Source: Gammaproteobacteria bacterium (GTDB lineage: Bacteria; Pseudomonadota; Gammaproteobacteria; Methylococcales; DRLZ01). Taken from it: DNA of 64,000 nucleotides. The stretch spans positions 860-64,859 of the forward strand of contig JAHZJL010000221.1 in NCBI GenBank assembly GCA_022600935.1, in the 5' to 3' direction. This document shows positions 19,513 through 30,726 of the stretch, one piece after another (the stretch's first letter is position 1; each line of letters begins with the position of its first letter). The position numbers and the translations under genes were made by a program. The notes under the pieces were generated by a model, which searched no databases, was not told the origin of the DNA, and worked only from the letters and a program-made list of their open reading frames with translations.

Positions 19513-20703
19513 ATGTCTCAAACCGATCACTGGCTTTTACCTGAAGGAATAGACGATATTCTGCCCGACGATGCGACAGTACTGGAGCATCTGCGCGGTG
19601 AAATATTACAGTTGTTTGGCAGCTGGGGTTATCACTATGTGATCCCTCCGCTGGTGGAGTACCTGGATTCATTATTAACTGGATCAGCCTACGATCTGGA
19701 TCTTGAAACATTCAAGGTGACTGACCAGTTGAGTGGCCGGTTGATGGGTATACGTGCCGATATCACACCTCAAATCGCCCGGATTGATGGGCATTTGAAT
19801 AAGAAAAACGCACAACCATCACGCTATAGTTATTTCGGTTCAACCTTGCGCACCCGGGGTTCTCACCTGGAACGTTCACGCAGTCCGCTGCAAATCGGAG
19901 TCGAATTATACGGTTATGACGGGTACCAGGCTGATGTCGAAATTATTCGTCTGATGCTGGAAGTTCTGGCGCTGTCCGGAATGCTAAACGTCCAGTTGGA
20001 ATTGGGTCATGTCGGCATATATCAGGCGTTGGTGAAGCAGGCCGGGCTGGATATACAGCAGGAAATCGACTTGTTTGATATTTTACAACGCAAGGCGCTT
20101 ACCGAATTATCAGATTTTCTGGAACAGATCGCAATTGCTGAAGATATGAAAGCCATGTTTCTGGCGTTACCCGATTTATGCGGAGGAACTGAGGTGATTG
20201 AACGGGCTCAGGAAGCTCTGGACACTGGAATTCCTGGTATCGCAATGGCACTGGATAATCTGGAACAAATCCACAATGCCTTGTTGTTGCATTTTCCAGT
20301 TCTGGATACCCACTTTGATCTTACTGAACTGCGAGGTTATCACTACAAAACCGGCGTGGTGTTTGCGGCTTTTGTGCCGGGTTTTGGTCGTGAAATCGCG
20401 CGTGGCGGACGTTATGATTTAAGTAAAACAAGTCAGCTGGATTCCCGGCCGGCTACCGGGTTCAGCGCAGACTTAAAAGTGCTGGCGAGACTTGGTCGTG
20501 GCATACAAGACCAAAATAATTCAGAGACTATTGTCGCTCCTATTTCTGATGACCCTGAATTACATGAAAAAATCAGAGAATTACGACTCAATGGTCGCGT
20601 GGTTGTGGAAATGTTACCAGATCAACAGATTGACCAGGACTTAACTGAATATGCGCAACAGTTGGTTTTACTGGATGACCGCTGGCAAATTCAGCCATTT
20701 TGA
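19513..20703 (+). CDS. hisZ: ATP phosphoribosyltransferase regulatory subunit HisZ
   Basis: 396 aa, HisRS-like catalytic core without an anticodon-binding domain. It sits in the conserved position between hflC and purA. Confidence 0.85.
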   Translation: MSQTDHWLLPEGIDDILPDDATVLEHLRGEILQLFGSWGYHYVIPPLVEYLDSLLTGSAYDLDLETFKVTDQLSGRLMGIRADITPQIARIDGHLNKKNAQPSRYSYFGSTLRTRGSHLERSRSPLQIGVELYGYDGYQADVEIIRLMLEVLALSGMLNVQLELGHVGIYQALVKQAGLDIQQEIDLFDILQRKALTELSDFLEQIAIAEDMKAMFLALPDLCGGTEVIERAQEALDTGIPGIAMALDNLEQIHNALLLHFPVLDTHFDLTELRGYHYKTGVVFAAFVPGFGREIARGGRYDLSKTSQLDSRPATGFSADLKVLARLGRGIQDQNNSETIVAPISDDPELHEKIRELRLNGRVVVEMLPDQQIDQDLTEYAQQLVLLDDRWQIQPF

Positions 20704-20806
20704 TATTGGCTCAGTGATCAGATTGAAGCTCGATTCATCGATTATGAACAAATTCATGTTTTGATTTTGGATTCAAAACATCAATTATCCTGAAAGGACA
20801 GATTAA

Positions 20807-22111
<1,305 letters not shown>

Positions 22112-22126
22112 TCAGAGCATTCAGCC

Positions 22127-23575
22127 GTGAATCAGAAACTGGATTTTATTATCGGCGGACATCAGGATGCCCGGGTTGTGCTTCATACAGCCATGGCTAA
22201 TCGCCATGGCGTCATCAGTGGTGCGACTGGAAGCGGCAAGACAGTCAGTTTGCAGGTTCTGGCTGAAAATTTTTCGCGCATTGGCGTGCCGGTTTTCATT
22301 TCCGATGCAAAAGGTGATCTTTCCGGACTGGCTGAATCGGCAAGCGATACCGAGCGTTTTCAACAACGCATTGAAACCATTGGGCTTGAGGACTATTCAG
22401 CCTCGGCGTCACCAACGGTTTTCTGGGACTTGTTCTGCAAGAATGGACATCCTGTCAGAACCACCATGTCAGAAATGGGACCATTGTTGATCAGTCACCT
22501 GCTTGAGCTGAACGATACCCAGACCGGTATTATCTACAGTTGTTTCAAGATTGCAGACGATAACGGAATGTTGTTGCTGGACCTTAAGGATTTGCGGTCC
22601 ATGCTGACCTGGATGGGTACAAATGCAAAGCAGCTGCGTAACGAATACGGAAATATCTCGTCAGCCAGTATCGGTGCGATACAACGCAGGCTGCTTGTTC
22701 TTGAAGAGCAGGGTGGCGACTATTTCTTCTCCGAGCCAGCAGTGAGTCTGTCTGATTTCATGCAAGTGGATTTCTCGGGACGTGGGGTCGTCAGCATTCT
22801 TGATTCAGTAGATCTGATTGCCAAATCACCACGACTCTATTCAACCTTTTTGTTATGGATCTTGTCGGAGCTGTATGAAAATTTGCCTGAAAAAGGCGAT
22901 GCTGAAAAGCCGGAATTGGTATTGTTTTTTGATGAAGCGCATTTGCTGTTTGACCGTGCGCCAAGAGTGTTGCTGGACAAAATAGAACAGATTGTCAGAC
23001 TGATTCGATCCAAAGGTGTCGGTGTTTATTTTATCACCCAGAGTCCTCTGGATATTCCGGAAGATATCCTCGGGCAGTTGGGTTTGCGGATTCAACATGT
23101 GTTACGTGCATTTACCCCTAAAGACCGCAAAACAGTGAAAGCAGTCGCTGAAAATTTTCGGGAAAACGCGGCTATTGATACAGAATCTGCGATCACTGAA
23201 CTGGGAATTGGTGAAGCTCTGGTTTCAGTGCTTGATGAAAAAGGTGCACCGACGCCAGTAGAACGCATTCTGATTCGTCCTCCGGCGTCACAGATTGGTC
23301 CTATCGATGATCAGCAGCGACAACAGCGCATTCAACGCTCGCCTCTCAACGGACGCTACGATGAGTTGCTGGATCGAGAATCAGCGTATGAATTACTCAA
23401 GGAACGTGCCGAGGAAAAAGCCAGGCAGGCTGAACAGAAACCCAAACCCAGATCAGGGCGTGCACGGCAAAGTGTAGGAGAAGCGTTTATCAAGAGTGCA
23501 GCACGGAGTATCGGTCGGCAGGTCGGGCGTCAGATTATCAGGGGCGTTCTGGGGTCATTGTTCGGCAGTCGCTGA
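22127..23575 (+). CDS. DUF853 / YjgR-type HerA-like P-loop ATPase
   Basis: 482 aa with Walker A GATGSGKT, a Walker B-like LVLFFDEAH, and the basic C-terminal tail typical of YjgR proteins. The start is a GTG. Confidence 0.8.
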   Translation: MNQKLDFIIGGHQDARVVLHTAMANRHGVISGATGSGKTVSLQVLAENFSRIGVPVFISDAKGDLSGLAESASDTERFQQRIETIGLEDYSASASPTVFWDLFCKNGHPVRTTMSEMGPLLISHLLELNDTQTGIIYSCFKIADDNGMLLLDLKDLRSMLTWMGTNAKQLRNEYGNISSASIGAIQRRLLVLEEQGGDYFFSEPAVSLSDFMQVDFSGRGVVSILDSVDLIAKSPRLYSTFLLWILSELYENLPEKGDAEKPELVLFFDEAHLLFDRAPRVLLDKIEQIVRLIRSKGVGVYFITQSPLDIPEDILGQLGLRIQHVLRAFTPKDRKTVKAVAENFRENAAIDTESAITELGIGEALVSVLDEKGAPTPVERILIRPPASQIGPIDDQQRQQRIQRSPLNGRYDELLDRESAYELLKERAEEKARQAEQKPKPRSGRARQSVGEAFIKSAARSIGRQVGRQIIRGVLGSLFGSR

Positions 23576-23592
23576 TAAAAAGGCTGTTGTGC

Positions 23593-24138
23593 TTATTCTC
23601 TGACTGGTCTTTTCTCGAGCTTGCGCTGTAATGTTCGACGGTGCATATTCAATGCCCGTGCTGCGGCTGAGATATTGCCATCGTGTTCAATCAGAACTTT
23701 TTGCAAATGTTCCCATTCCAGACGCTTTACGGATACCGGCTTGTCACTGATGGCCACTGAGCTGTCACCTTTCTTTTTATCCAGTGCAGCGATAATTTCG
23801 TTGACATCAGCGGGTTTGGTCAAATAATAAGTCGCTCCCAGCTTGATTGCTTCCACTGCTGTGGCGACACTGGAATAACCCGTTAACATGACGATATGGA
23901 TATCGGGATTGATTTGAATTAACTGATTGACCAGTTCCAGTCCGGATTCGTGACCGATGCGCAAGTCGACAACCGCATAGACAGGCTCAAGCTGTTTTGC
24001 TGTGGTCAAAGCATCAGCTATATTGGTGGCTGATTCTACTTCGAAATCACGTTTTTGCAGTGCTTGCTTTAGAACACTGCAAAAGGTTTCATCATCATCA
24101 ACCAGCAATAATGTGTTATTCACTGTATCTTGGCTCAT
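23593..24138 (-). CDS. regA: RegA/ActR/PrrA (RoxR)-family redox response regulator
   Basis: 181 aa with a receiver domain (LLLVDDDE, VVDLRI) and a C-terminal Fis-type HTH (NISAAARALNMHRRTLQRKL). Confidence 0.88.
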   Translation of the reverse strand: MSQDTVNNTLLLVDDDETFCSVLKQALQKRDFEVESATNIADALTTAKQLEPVYAVVDLRIGHESGLELVNQLIQINPDIHIVMLTGYSSVATAVEAIKLGATYYLTKPADVNEIIAALDKKKGDSSVAISDKPVSVKRLEWEHLQKVLIEHDGNISAAARALNMHRRTLQRKLEKRPVRE

Positions 24139-25559
24139 TGTGTACTGTTGGTTAGCTGTTCTGCCGGTTCCTGGATGTCAACTGTCGGTAGTTCAATTTC
24201 AATGCAGGCGCCTCCATCCGGGGCGTTGCCTAGATGGATGGAACCTCCAAGGCGTTCAATAATTGCGCGGGTCAGAAACAACCCGACACCCATGCCCAGT
24301 TTATTAGACTTGGTTGGTTCATGTCCCAGGGTGTCGACGATGTTCTGGGGGAATCCTGGACCGCGGTCAAGAATCATGATTTTAACCAGTTGATCAGTCC
24401 AGTTGGCTGTGAAACCAACCCATTTGGGTGAGACATCGGCTGCATTGTCCATGACATTGAACAGGGCCTGGCTCAGCGTATTGTCAGCGATTATAAATGG
24501 CTCAGGCTCGCTGCCCTCAGTGTGATAACTGACTTTGATGGTTTTACGGTGAGATTGCCAGTCCCGGACTACATCATCCAGATAATCACGAATATTCATC
24601 GCGCTGCCGGATACTGCACGTAGTTCACCTGCTGATTCTGACATGGCCGATAATGCTGTTTTACAGCGATCAACTTGTTGTCTGAAAATGACCATGTTCT
24701 GATGCAGCTCCGAATCGTCAGCATCCGAATACTCTCTTTCCAGTTCTCCAGCGAGAATTGCCATAGTGCCGAGTGGTGTTCCCATTTCATGTGCAGCACT
24801 CGCGGCCAGTGTTCCCATGGCGATTAACCTTTCGTTACGTAAAGCCTGCTCCCTGGCCTGAGCCAGTTTGCGATCACTTTCCTTGATGGTGCGCGACATC
24901 TCCACAACAAAATAAGCGACAAACGTCGCCACCACAAGATACCCGCCCCACATGATTAACACATACAAGTCATGAATATATTTGTGCTGCAGTGAAACCA
25001 TTGGCGCCGGCAGGTTGGACTCGGCAGTCATATCGTAGTAATCAGGTAGTGGAATATGATAGATGATCAGCAAGGTGTAACAGATTGAGGTGATGCCGAC
25101 CATATACCAGGTATAGTCCTGGGGCAGAATTGTTGCAGTAATGATTAACGGTACCAGAAAAAACCAGGCGACCGGATTGGAAGCACCGCCAGTGTAATAG
25201 AGCAGGGCTGTGATGCCGAAGACATCAATGATTAAATGCAGAAACAGTTCGAGTTCAACAACCGGGTAGCTTTTTTGCAAACGGTACCACGATACGCAAT
25301 TGATGATCCATAACGTGGCGATAATTGTCCACAGTGGCATGGTCGGCAGCTGATATTGCAAGGCATACAATGTCAGCAACAGCACACACGTTATGCCGCC
25401 CAGAATCAGGTTGCGTAAGATCATCAACCACCAGAGGTTCTGGCGAATAGACTGATCCTGAGGGACTATCGATGTATCATTCATTGTAAAGAAATCAATT
25501 AAGTGTCTGGCTGTTGCCATTCTAACACTGTGAATTGATGTCTGTAATGAATCGAGCAA
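24135..25559 (-). CDS. regB: RegB/ActS/PrrB (RoxS)-family redox sensor histidine kinase
   Basis: Has multiple N-terminal TM helices, a GGASNPV segment resembling the RegB quinone-site heptapeptide GGxxNPF, an H-box AAHEMGTPLGT and an HATPase_c domain. It overlaps regA by 4 nt. The true start may be an internal Met near 25484. Confidence 0.85.
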   Translation of the reverse strand: MLDSLQTSIHSVRMATARHLIDFFTMNDTSIVPQDQSIRQNLWWLMILRNLILGGITCVLLLTLYALQYQLPTMPLWTIIATLWIINCVSWYRLQKSYPVVELELFLHLIIDVFGITALLYYTGGASNPVAWFFLVPLIITATILPQDYTWYMVGITSICYTLLIIYHIPLPDYYDMTAESNLPAPMVSLQHKYIHDLYVLIMWGGYLVVATFVAYFVVEMSRTIKESDRKLAQAREQALRNERLIAMGTLAASAAHEMGTPLGTMAILAGELEREYSDADDSELHQNMVIFRQQVDRCKTALSAMSESAGELRAVSGSAMNIRDYLDDVVRDWQSHRKTIKVSYHTEGSEPEPFIIADNTLSQALFNVMDNAADVSPKWVGFTANWTDQLVKIMILDRGPGFPQNIVDTLGHEPTKSNKLGMGVGLFLTRAIIERLGGSIHLGNAPDGGACIEIELPTVDIQEPAEQLTNSTQ

Positions 25560-25613
25560 TGTGTCTGGTTTTTAGGGGCTGGTTGGTAGAAGAATTTCTG
25601 GTTAGATCAGAGA

Positions 25614-25883
25614 TCAGGCGCTGCCGGATACGTCCTGATTGTCGATGAACTGAGCAATCATGGACTCTACCATTGACCAGGGCACGATCAGAGGTTTTGA
25701 ACTGACGTTCAAAGTCAGTCTGGAGTTTTCAACTGTATAATCGGCATGAATGCCTTGTCCAGAAAGATGGCCTTGCAAATGATCGCCTTGCATGGAGATG
25801 CCTTTTTCAGAAGCGATTTGTCTGGCGTTGCTGATAATGGATTGGGAATCGCCATTAATTGTGAAAGTAAATGTTTTGGACAT
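25614..25883 (-). CDS. Small conserved-looking hypothetical protein (89 aa)
   Basis: The ORF lies 14 nt downstream of the gamma-CA-like gene and 54 nt upstream of regB, all on the same strand. I recognise no motif. Any resemblance to the small PHA-granule-region proteins is only a vague impression. Confidence 0.5.
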   Translation of the reverse strand: MSKTFTFTINGDSQSIISNARQIASEKGISMQGDHLQGHLSGQGIHADYTVENSRLTLNVSSKPLIVPWSMVESMIAQFIDNQDVSGSA

Positions 25884-25897
25884 GACTGAATGTGTAT

Positions 25898-26431
25898 CTA
25901 TTCCTGTTCCAGATAGGTGTTTTTAAGCTTGATATACTGACTGGCCGAGTAATCAAAAAACTTGATTTCATCGTCCGTAAGCTCACGAATTTTACGGGCT
26001 GGAGCGCCAACATAGAGAAAACCGCTTTCCAGTTGTTTGCCTGGAGCAACCAGTCCACCTGCACCAAGCATTACATAATCCTGGATGACAGCGCCATCCA
26101 TGACGATTGCGCCGATTCCAACCAGGCAGTAATTTCCTACTGTACAGGCATGGACGACAGCGCCATGACCGATGGTTACAAAGTCACCAATTGTCAAAGG
26201 AAAGCCACCGCCTGAATATGGGCCGGCATGGGTTCCGTGTAATACCGAACCATCCTGGATATTGGTGCCCTTGCCGATCCGTATAGGGGCGACATCGCCA
26301 CGAATCACTGTACCAGGCCATACCGAAACATCATCATCGAGGACGACATCGCCAATCACAGTCGCCTGCTCGTCAATGAAGACATTGTTTCCCCATTCAG
26401 GGGTGTATGTTGAGAATTTTCTAATTGTCAT
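25898..26431 (-). CDS. Gamma-class carbonic anhydrase-like / hexapeptide-repeat protein (YrdA/PaaY family)
   Basis: 177 aa with left-handed beta-helix hexapeptide repeats (IGDVVLDDDVSVWPGTVIRGD..IRIGKGTNIQDGSVLH). Confidence 0.85.
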   Translation of the reverse strand: MTIRKFSTYTPEWGNNVFIDEQATVIGDVVLDDDVSVWPGTVIRGDVAPIRIGKGTNIQDGSVLHGTHAGPYSGGGFPLTIGDFVTIGHGAVVHACTVGNYCLVGIGAIVMDGAVIQDYVMLGAGGLVAPGKQLESGFLYVGAPARKIRELTDDEIKFFDYSASQYIKLKNTYLEQE

Positions 26432-26748
26432 AACGTTACCAGATCAGCATTTTACAGGTTTCAGCAATGTGATAGCAATTCACATTTCAGCTTTAAAGGT
26501 ATGGTGGTTTTAATCAAGTGAATCCTTGAGGATAGGGCGAATGCTTGGTAATTCATATTGTTAGCGAAACTGCTGTATAGGTAAATCGTCATGTATATCA
26601 AGCAAGTACATAAAATTAAAAAGTTGGACTAAACTTGATTAAACCTGAATTCCGGTCTAGTTTTAGTGTATACGTTTTTTGCTTGTTGATTCATCGAAAA
26701 GCCCTGTGTGGACGTCAACAATGCAAATCTATTGGATAATTAGTACAT

Positions 26749-28107
26749 ATGACAGTTAATGCATTGAAAAAAAAGATCATCAATCAGTCTGACGTTGTGG
26801 ATTCTGCTTCTGAAGTATTACGATCTTTAAACAGACCTTCCCCCAATAATGATCTCCCTTTGGGTAACAGGCAGTCAATTGATTTGGATGTTCTGAATCA
26901 ATTGATTCCTGTTCGCAGTATGAGTGAAGAAGTCTTAACAGCATTTTCAATCGGTGGCTATGCGGAACAATTCGAGTCCTCCACAAAACTGTTTACTGAA
27001 GGTGATACCATACAAAATGTTTTATATTTATTGGATGGAACAGTACGGATAGACTCGGAAAATGGTAAGGGATATGAAGTGTCTGCAGGATCAGCCCAGG
27101 CCCGGTTTCCTTTATCGACAGGAGTCATGCATGCATCGTCAGGGAAAGCGGTCACTGCAGTGACTGTATTACGAGTATCGAACATCGTTATGGCAGATTC
27201 GCAGGACAATGTAGAGTCTGAGAATATGGGAGAATCTTTGGAAATAGCAGAAATTCCAGCAGAGTTGGAAGATAGTCAGTTATTTCAGGCTATTTATCAG
27301 AATTACAGAGAGGAAGAGCTGGCATTGTCGATTTTGCCGACTGTTGCGGATGTCATTAAGCGGGCGATTGCGCGTGATATCAATAACCACCAGCTAGCCA
27401 GGCTCATAGAAACTGATGCGGTGATGACAGCAAAAGTTCTGTCAGTAGCCAATTCGCCGTTATTTCACAGCACGAATACAATTTACACGGTATTGGATGC
27501 GATTGATATTCTCGGGATTGATGCAACTCGCTATGTGATTACCAATGCCTGTGATAAATACAAACTGACCTCGACCAATCAACCTTATGTAGACCGAATT
27601 CAGCAATCCTGTCTTGAGAGTTTGCGTATTTCAGGGCTTTGTTTTGCTTTGGCCAGTTTGACTGAACTGGTTGATCCAAAACGCGCCTTGACGGCTGGGT
27701 TGATGAGTAATATCGGGATTATGCCCTTTGCCAATTATGTGGATAAATTCCCGATTCAAATGTATAACGAGGACGAAATTGAAACCGGATGGCCTGTCGT
27801 CAGGGGGTTTATGGGGTCATTTGTCCTTGAAAAACTGCGAATCCCCAAGCTTCTTGCACAGATTCCGCAATTATCCAGTGATATGAATGAAAACTCTGGT
27901 AATGAAATGGAGATTGCTGACATTGTGCTGATATGCAGGTTGATCAATTCAGGTCAAATTTTCCAATATGATCATATTCCTGCAATCCAAAAACTTGGCG
28001 GAAATGGAATTACACCAGAATTAGTCCGCATGTTAAACCAGATCTCAATGAAGCGGATTAAACGGCCATTAGCTGTCGTCAAACAAAAACGTTCCGAGAA
28101 AGATTAA
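26749..28107 (+). CDS. Signalling protein with an N-terminal cyclic-nucleotide-binding-like domain and an HDOD domain
   Basis: 452 aa. The cNMP-like beta-barrel signature is LFTEGDTIQNVLYLLDGTVRI. The HDOD-like region is LPTVADVIKRAI...LARLIETDAVMTAKVLSVANSPLFHS....VLDAIDILGID. Confidence 0.7.
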   Translation: MTVNALKKKIINQSDVVDSASEVLRSLNRPSPNNDLPLGNRQSIDLDVLNQLIPVRSMSEEVLTAFSIGGYAEQFESSTKLFTEGDTIQNVLYLLDGTVRIDSENGKGYEVSAGSAQARFPLSTGVMHASSGKAVTAVTVLRVSNIVMADSQDNVESENMGESLEIAEIPAELEDSQLFQAIYQNYREEELALSILPTVADVIKRAIARDINNHQLARLIETDAVMTAKVLSVANSPLFHSTNTIYTVLDAIDILGIDATRYVITNACDKYKLTSTNQPYVDRIQQSCLESLRISGLCFALASLTELVDPKRALTAGLMSNIGIMPFANYVDKFPIQMYNEDEIETGWPVVRGFMGSFVLEKLRIPKLLAQIPQLSSDMNENSGNEMEIADIVLICRLINSGQIFQYDHIPAIQKLGGNGITPELVRMLNQISMKRIKRPLAVVKQKRSEKD

Positions 28108-28117
28108 CATCAGTCTG

Positions 28118-28260
28118 AGAACCTGTTCAAGATCTTGAACAATGGGTGGCGTGCAAGGCAACAGTGGGCGAACAAGTTAGGTATGCTGGACACTGTGAGC
28201 ATTTTGAGTCCACTGTTAACGCCGCAATACGCTATTCAGTGAAATTTTTGAACAGGTTCT
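28118..28260. repeat. Nested inverted repeats forming a ~143-nt rod-like fold; candidate structured RNA or palindromic protein-binding element
   Basis: A perfect 13-bp outer inverted repeat pairs 28118-28130 (agaacctgttcaa) with 28248-28260 (ttgaacaggttct). An inner pairing joins 28148-28167 with 28210-28223 (ggcg..aacagtgg / ccactgtt..cgcc). An apical hairpin is formed by atgct/agcat (28183-28202). A perfect 18-bp palindrome, tgttcaaGATCttgaaca, lies at 28124-28141. Confidence 0.45.
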
Positions 28261-28653
28261 GAATGATTGTCTCCAGAGGCAATCAATCAGCTGCTTGTTT
28301 TATTGACGGGAATTCATCTTCATCGACACGAAACCAATCGGTATCGGGTTGAAACTATTCGATATTCAACCTGAATCGATCTCTTTCTTCAGTCTAACCG
28401 TTTATACTCATTCAGCTTGATTGCTGAAACAATCCAGTGTATGGAACCGGCTTTTTACCGATTTTCCAGGTAATTTTAAATTTCAGTATTACGTTTAATG
28501 TAGAATACATTCGCATTGTATTTTCTCCATTTCGTTGTATAGATAGAGAATCACCTGAATAATGTCGAGCAGGATTCCAATGAGTTCTTGCTTTCGTTGT
28601 TCTCTACTGCATCATTTCATTCAATCATTGTCCTCAAGGATTAACAGACAATT

Positions 28654-30711
28654 ATGGAAAACCCGTTACTCGTTGAAAATCAGGAATTACCTTTATTCTC
28701 TTTGATTAAACCGGAACATGTTGAGCCAGCTATCGACACAATACTTGCCGATAATCGTGCTGGATTGAGTGAATTGTTGAATCAGAATTCACATTATAGC
28801 TGGGCAAATCTGATTGAGCCCCTGGATACAATGCATGACAGATTAAGCAAGGCATGGTCCCCGGTTCAGCATATGAATGCTGTCGTCAATTCTGATGAGT
28901 TGAGAGAAGCATACAATGCATGTTTACCAAAATTAAGTGCTTACTGGACTGAGCTCGGACAAAACAAACAGTTGTATCTTGCATATCAAAATATTGCCGA
29001 TAGTTCTGAGTATTCAGTACTTGATCATGCCCAGCAACAGGTGATCAAAAATGCATTACGCGATTTTAAATTATCTGGTGTTGCACTGACTGACCAGAAG
29101 CAACAGCGATATCGGGAAATCGCTGAACAGCTGTCAAAACTCACCAGTCAGTTTGAAGAAAATGTCATGGATTCAACCAATGCCTGGTCAAAACATGTGA
29201 CTGATGCGGCGATACTTGAAGGCATGCCTGAAACCGCTTTGGCAGTGGCGGAACAGACTGCACAACAAAGAGACTTGCCAGGTTGGGTATTGACTCTGGA
29301 TTTTCCATGCTATCTGGCAGTGATGATGTACGCAGACAATAGAGATTTACGTCAGGAGCTGTATGAGGCATTTTGCACCAGAGCATCAGGCCAGGGTCCG
29401 CATGACAGTCAATACGACAATACCGGGATCATGGCGGAAATACTCGAGCTCAGGCACGAACAGGCACAGTTGCTCGATTTTGAAAATTATGCTGAGTTAT
29501 CCCTGCAAACCAAAATGGCTGAAGACCCTGATCAGGTTCAGTCATTTCTGGAAGATCTGGCAAAACGATCAGTCCCCATTGCCAGAAAAGAGTTTGAGGA
29601 ACTTAAGGGTTTTGCTCAACAACAGCTTGGACTCGATGACTTAAATCCCTGGGATGCTGTATTCGCTTCTGAGAAAATGCGGAGTCATCTGTATTCCATT
29701 TCCCAGCAGGACATCAAGGTTTATTTTCCTGTACAGAGAGTCATTGAAGGGTTGTTCAAGGTTGTCGAGCGATTATATGGTTTGTCGATAACGCAGTTGA
29801 ATGGCATAGACACCTGGCATAGTGATGTGCAGTTTTTTGAAATCAGAGATGGCAATCATCAGCTCAGAGGCAAGTTTTATCTGGATCTGTACGCCAGACC
29901 AAAAAAACGCGGCGGAGCCTGGATGGATGATTGCGCAGATCGCCGCAAAACTGAAAAAAGAGTTCAAACTCCCATAGCCTTCTTAACCTGTAATTTTACT
30001 CCACCGGCAAGCGGACAGCCGACTTTGTTGACACACGATGAAGTGAATACCTTGTTTCATGAATTCGGTCACGGATTGCATCATATGCTGACCCGAATTG
30101 ATTATCCGGGAGTGTCAGGTATCAATGGCGTTGAATGGGATGCTGTGGAGTTACCCAGCCAGTTTATGGAAAATTGGTGTTGGGAACCGGAAGCTCTGGC
30201 CTTGTTCTCAGGGCATTACGAGACTGGTGCTCCGCTTCCCGCTGAAATGCTGGAAAAGATGCTCAAGGCAAAAAACTACCAGAGCGGTATGCAAATGGTG
30301 AGACAGCTGGAATTTGCAATATTCGACATGCGTATCCACAAAGAATATGACCCGCAACAAGGTGATCGTATCTATGACATTCTCAATCAGGTCCGAGATC
30401 AGGTTTCTGTATTGAAAGCCCCGGGTTACAATCGTTTTGCACATAGTTTCGGGCATATATTTGCCGGTGGATATGCAGCTGGTTATTACAGTTACAAGTG
30501 GGCTGAAGTGTTATCCAGCGATGCGTTTTCGCTGTTTGAGGAAAATGGCATTTTCGATAAAAAAACCGGAAAACATTTTTTAACAAGCGTGCTCGAAAAA
30601 GGCGGCAGTCAACAGGCTTTGGATTTGTTTGTGGCTTTCCGCGGCCGTCAACCGGAAATCCATGCATTATTACGACATACAGGGATTGTTGATCAAACTG
30701 AAGCAGTTTGA
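28654..30711 (+). CDS. prlC: Oligopeptidase A (M3 metallopeptidase)
   Basis: 685 aa with the zinc motif HEFGHGLHH. Length and overall sequence are typical of PrlC. Confidence 0.92.
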   Translation: MENPLLVENQELPLFSLIKPEHVEPAIDTILADNRAGLSELLNQNSHYSWANLIEPLDTMHDRLSKAWSPVQHMNAVVNSDELREAYNACLPKLSAYWTELGQNKQLYLAYQNIADSSEYSVLDHAQQQVIKNALRDFKLSGVALTDQKQQRYREIAEQLSKLTSQFEENVMDSTNAWSKHVTDAAILEGMPETALAVAEQTAQQRDLPGWVLTLDFPCYLAVMMYADNRDLRQELYEAFCTRASGQGPHDSQYDNTGIMAEILELRHEQAQLLDFENYAELSLQTKMAEDPDQVQSFLEDLAKRSVPIARKEFEELKGFAQQQLGLDDLNPWDAVFASEKMRSHLYSISQQDIKVYFPVQRVIEGLFKVVERLYGLSITQLNGIDTWHSDVQFFEIRDGNHQLRGKFYLDLYARPKKRGGAWMDDCADRRKTEKRVQTPIAFLTCNFTPPASGQPTLLTHDEVNTLFHEFGHGLHHMLTRIDYPGVSGINGVEWDAVELPSQFMENWCWEPEALALFSGHYETGAPLPAEMLEKMLKAKNYQSGMQMVRQLEFAIFDMRIHKEYDPQQGDRIYDILNQVRDQVSVLKAPGYNRFAHSFGHIFAGGYAAGYYSYKWAEVLSSDAFSLFEENGIFDKKTGKHFLTSVLEKGGSQQALDLFVAFRGRQPEIHALLRHTGIVDQTEAV

Positions 30712-30726
30712 TAGAGCATCATTACA

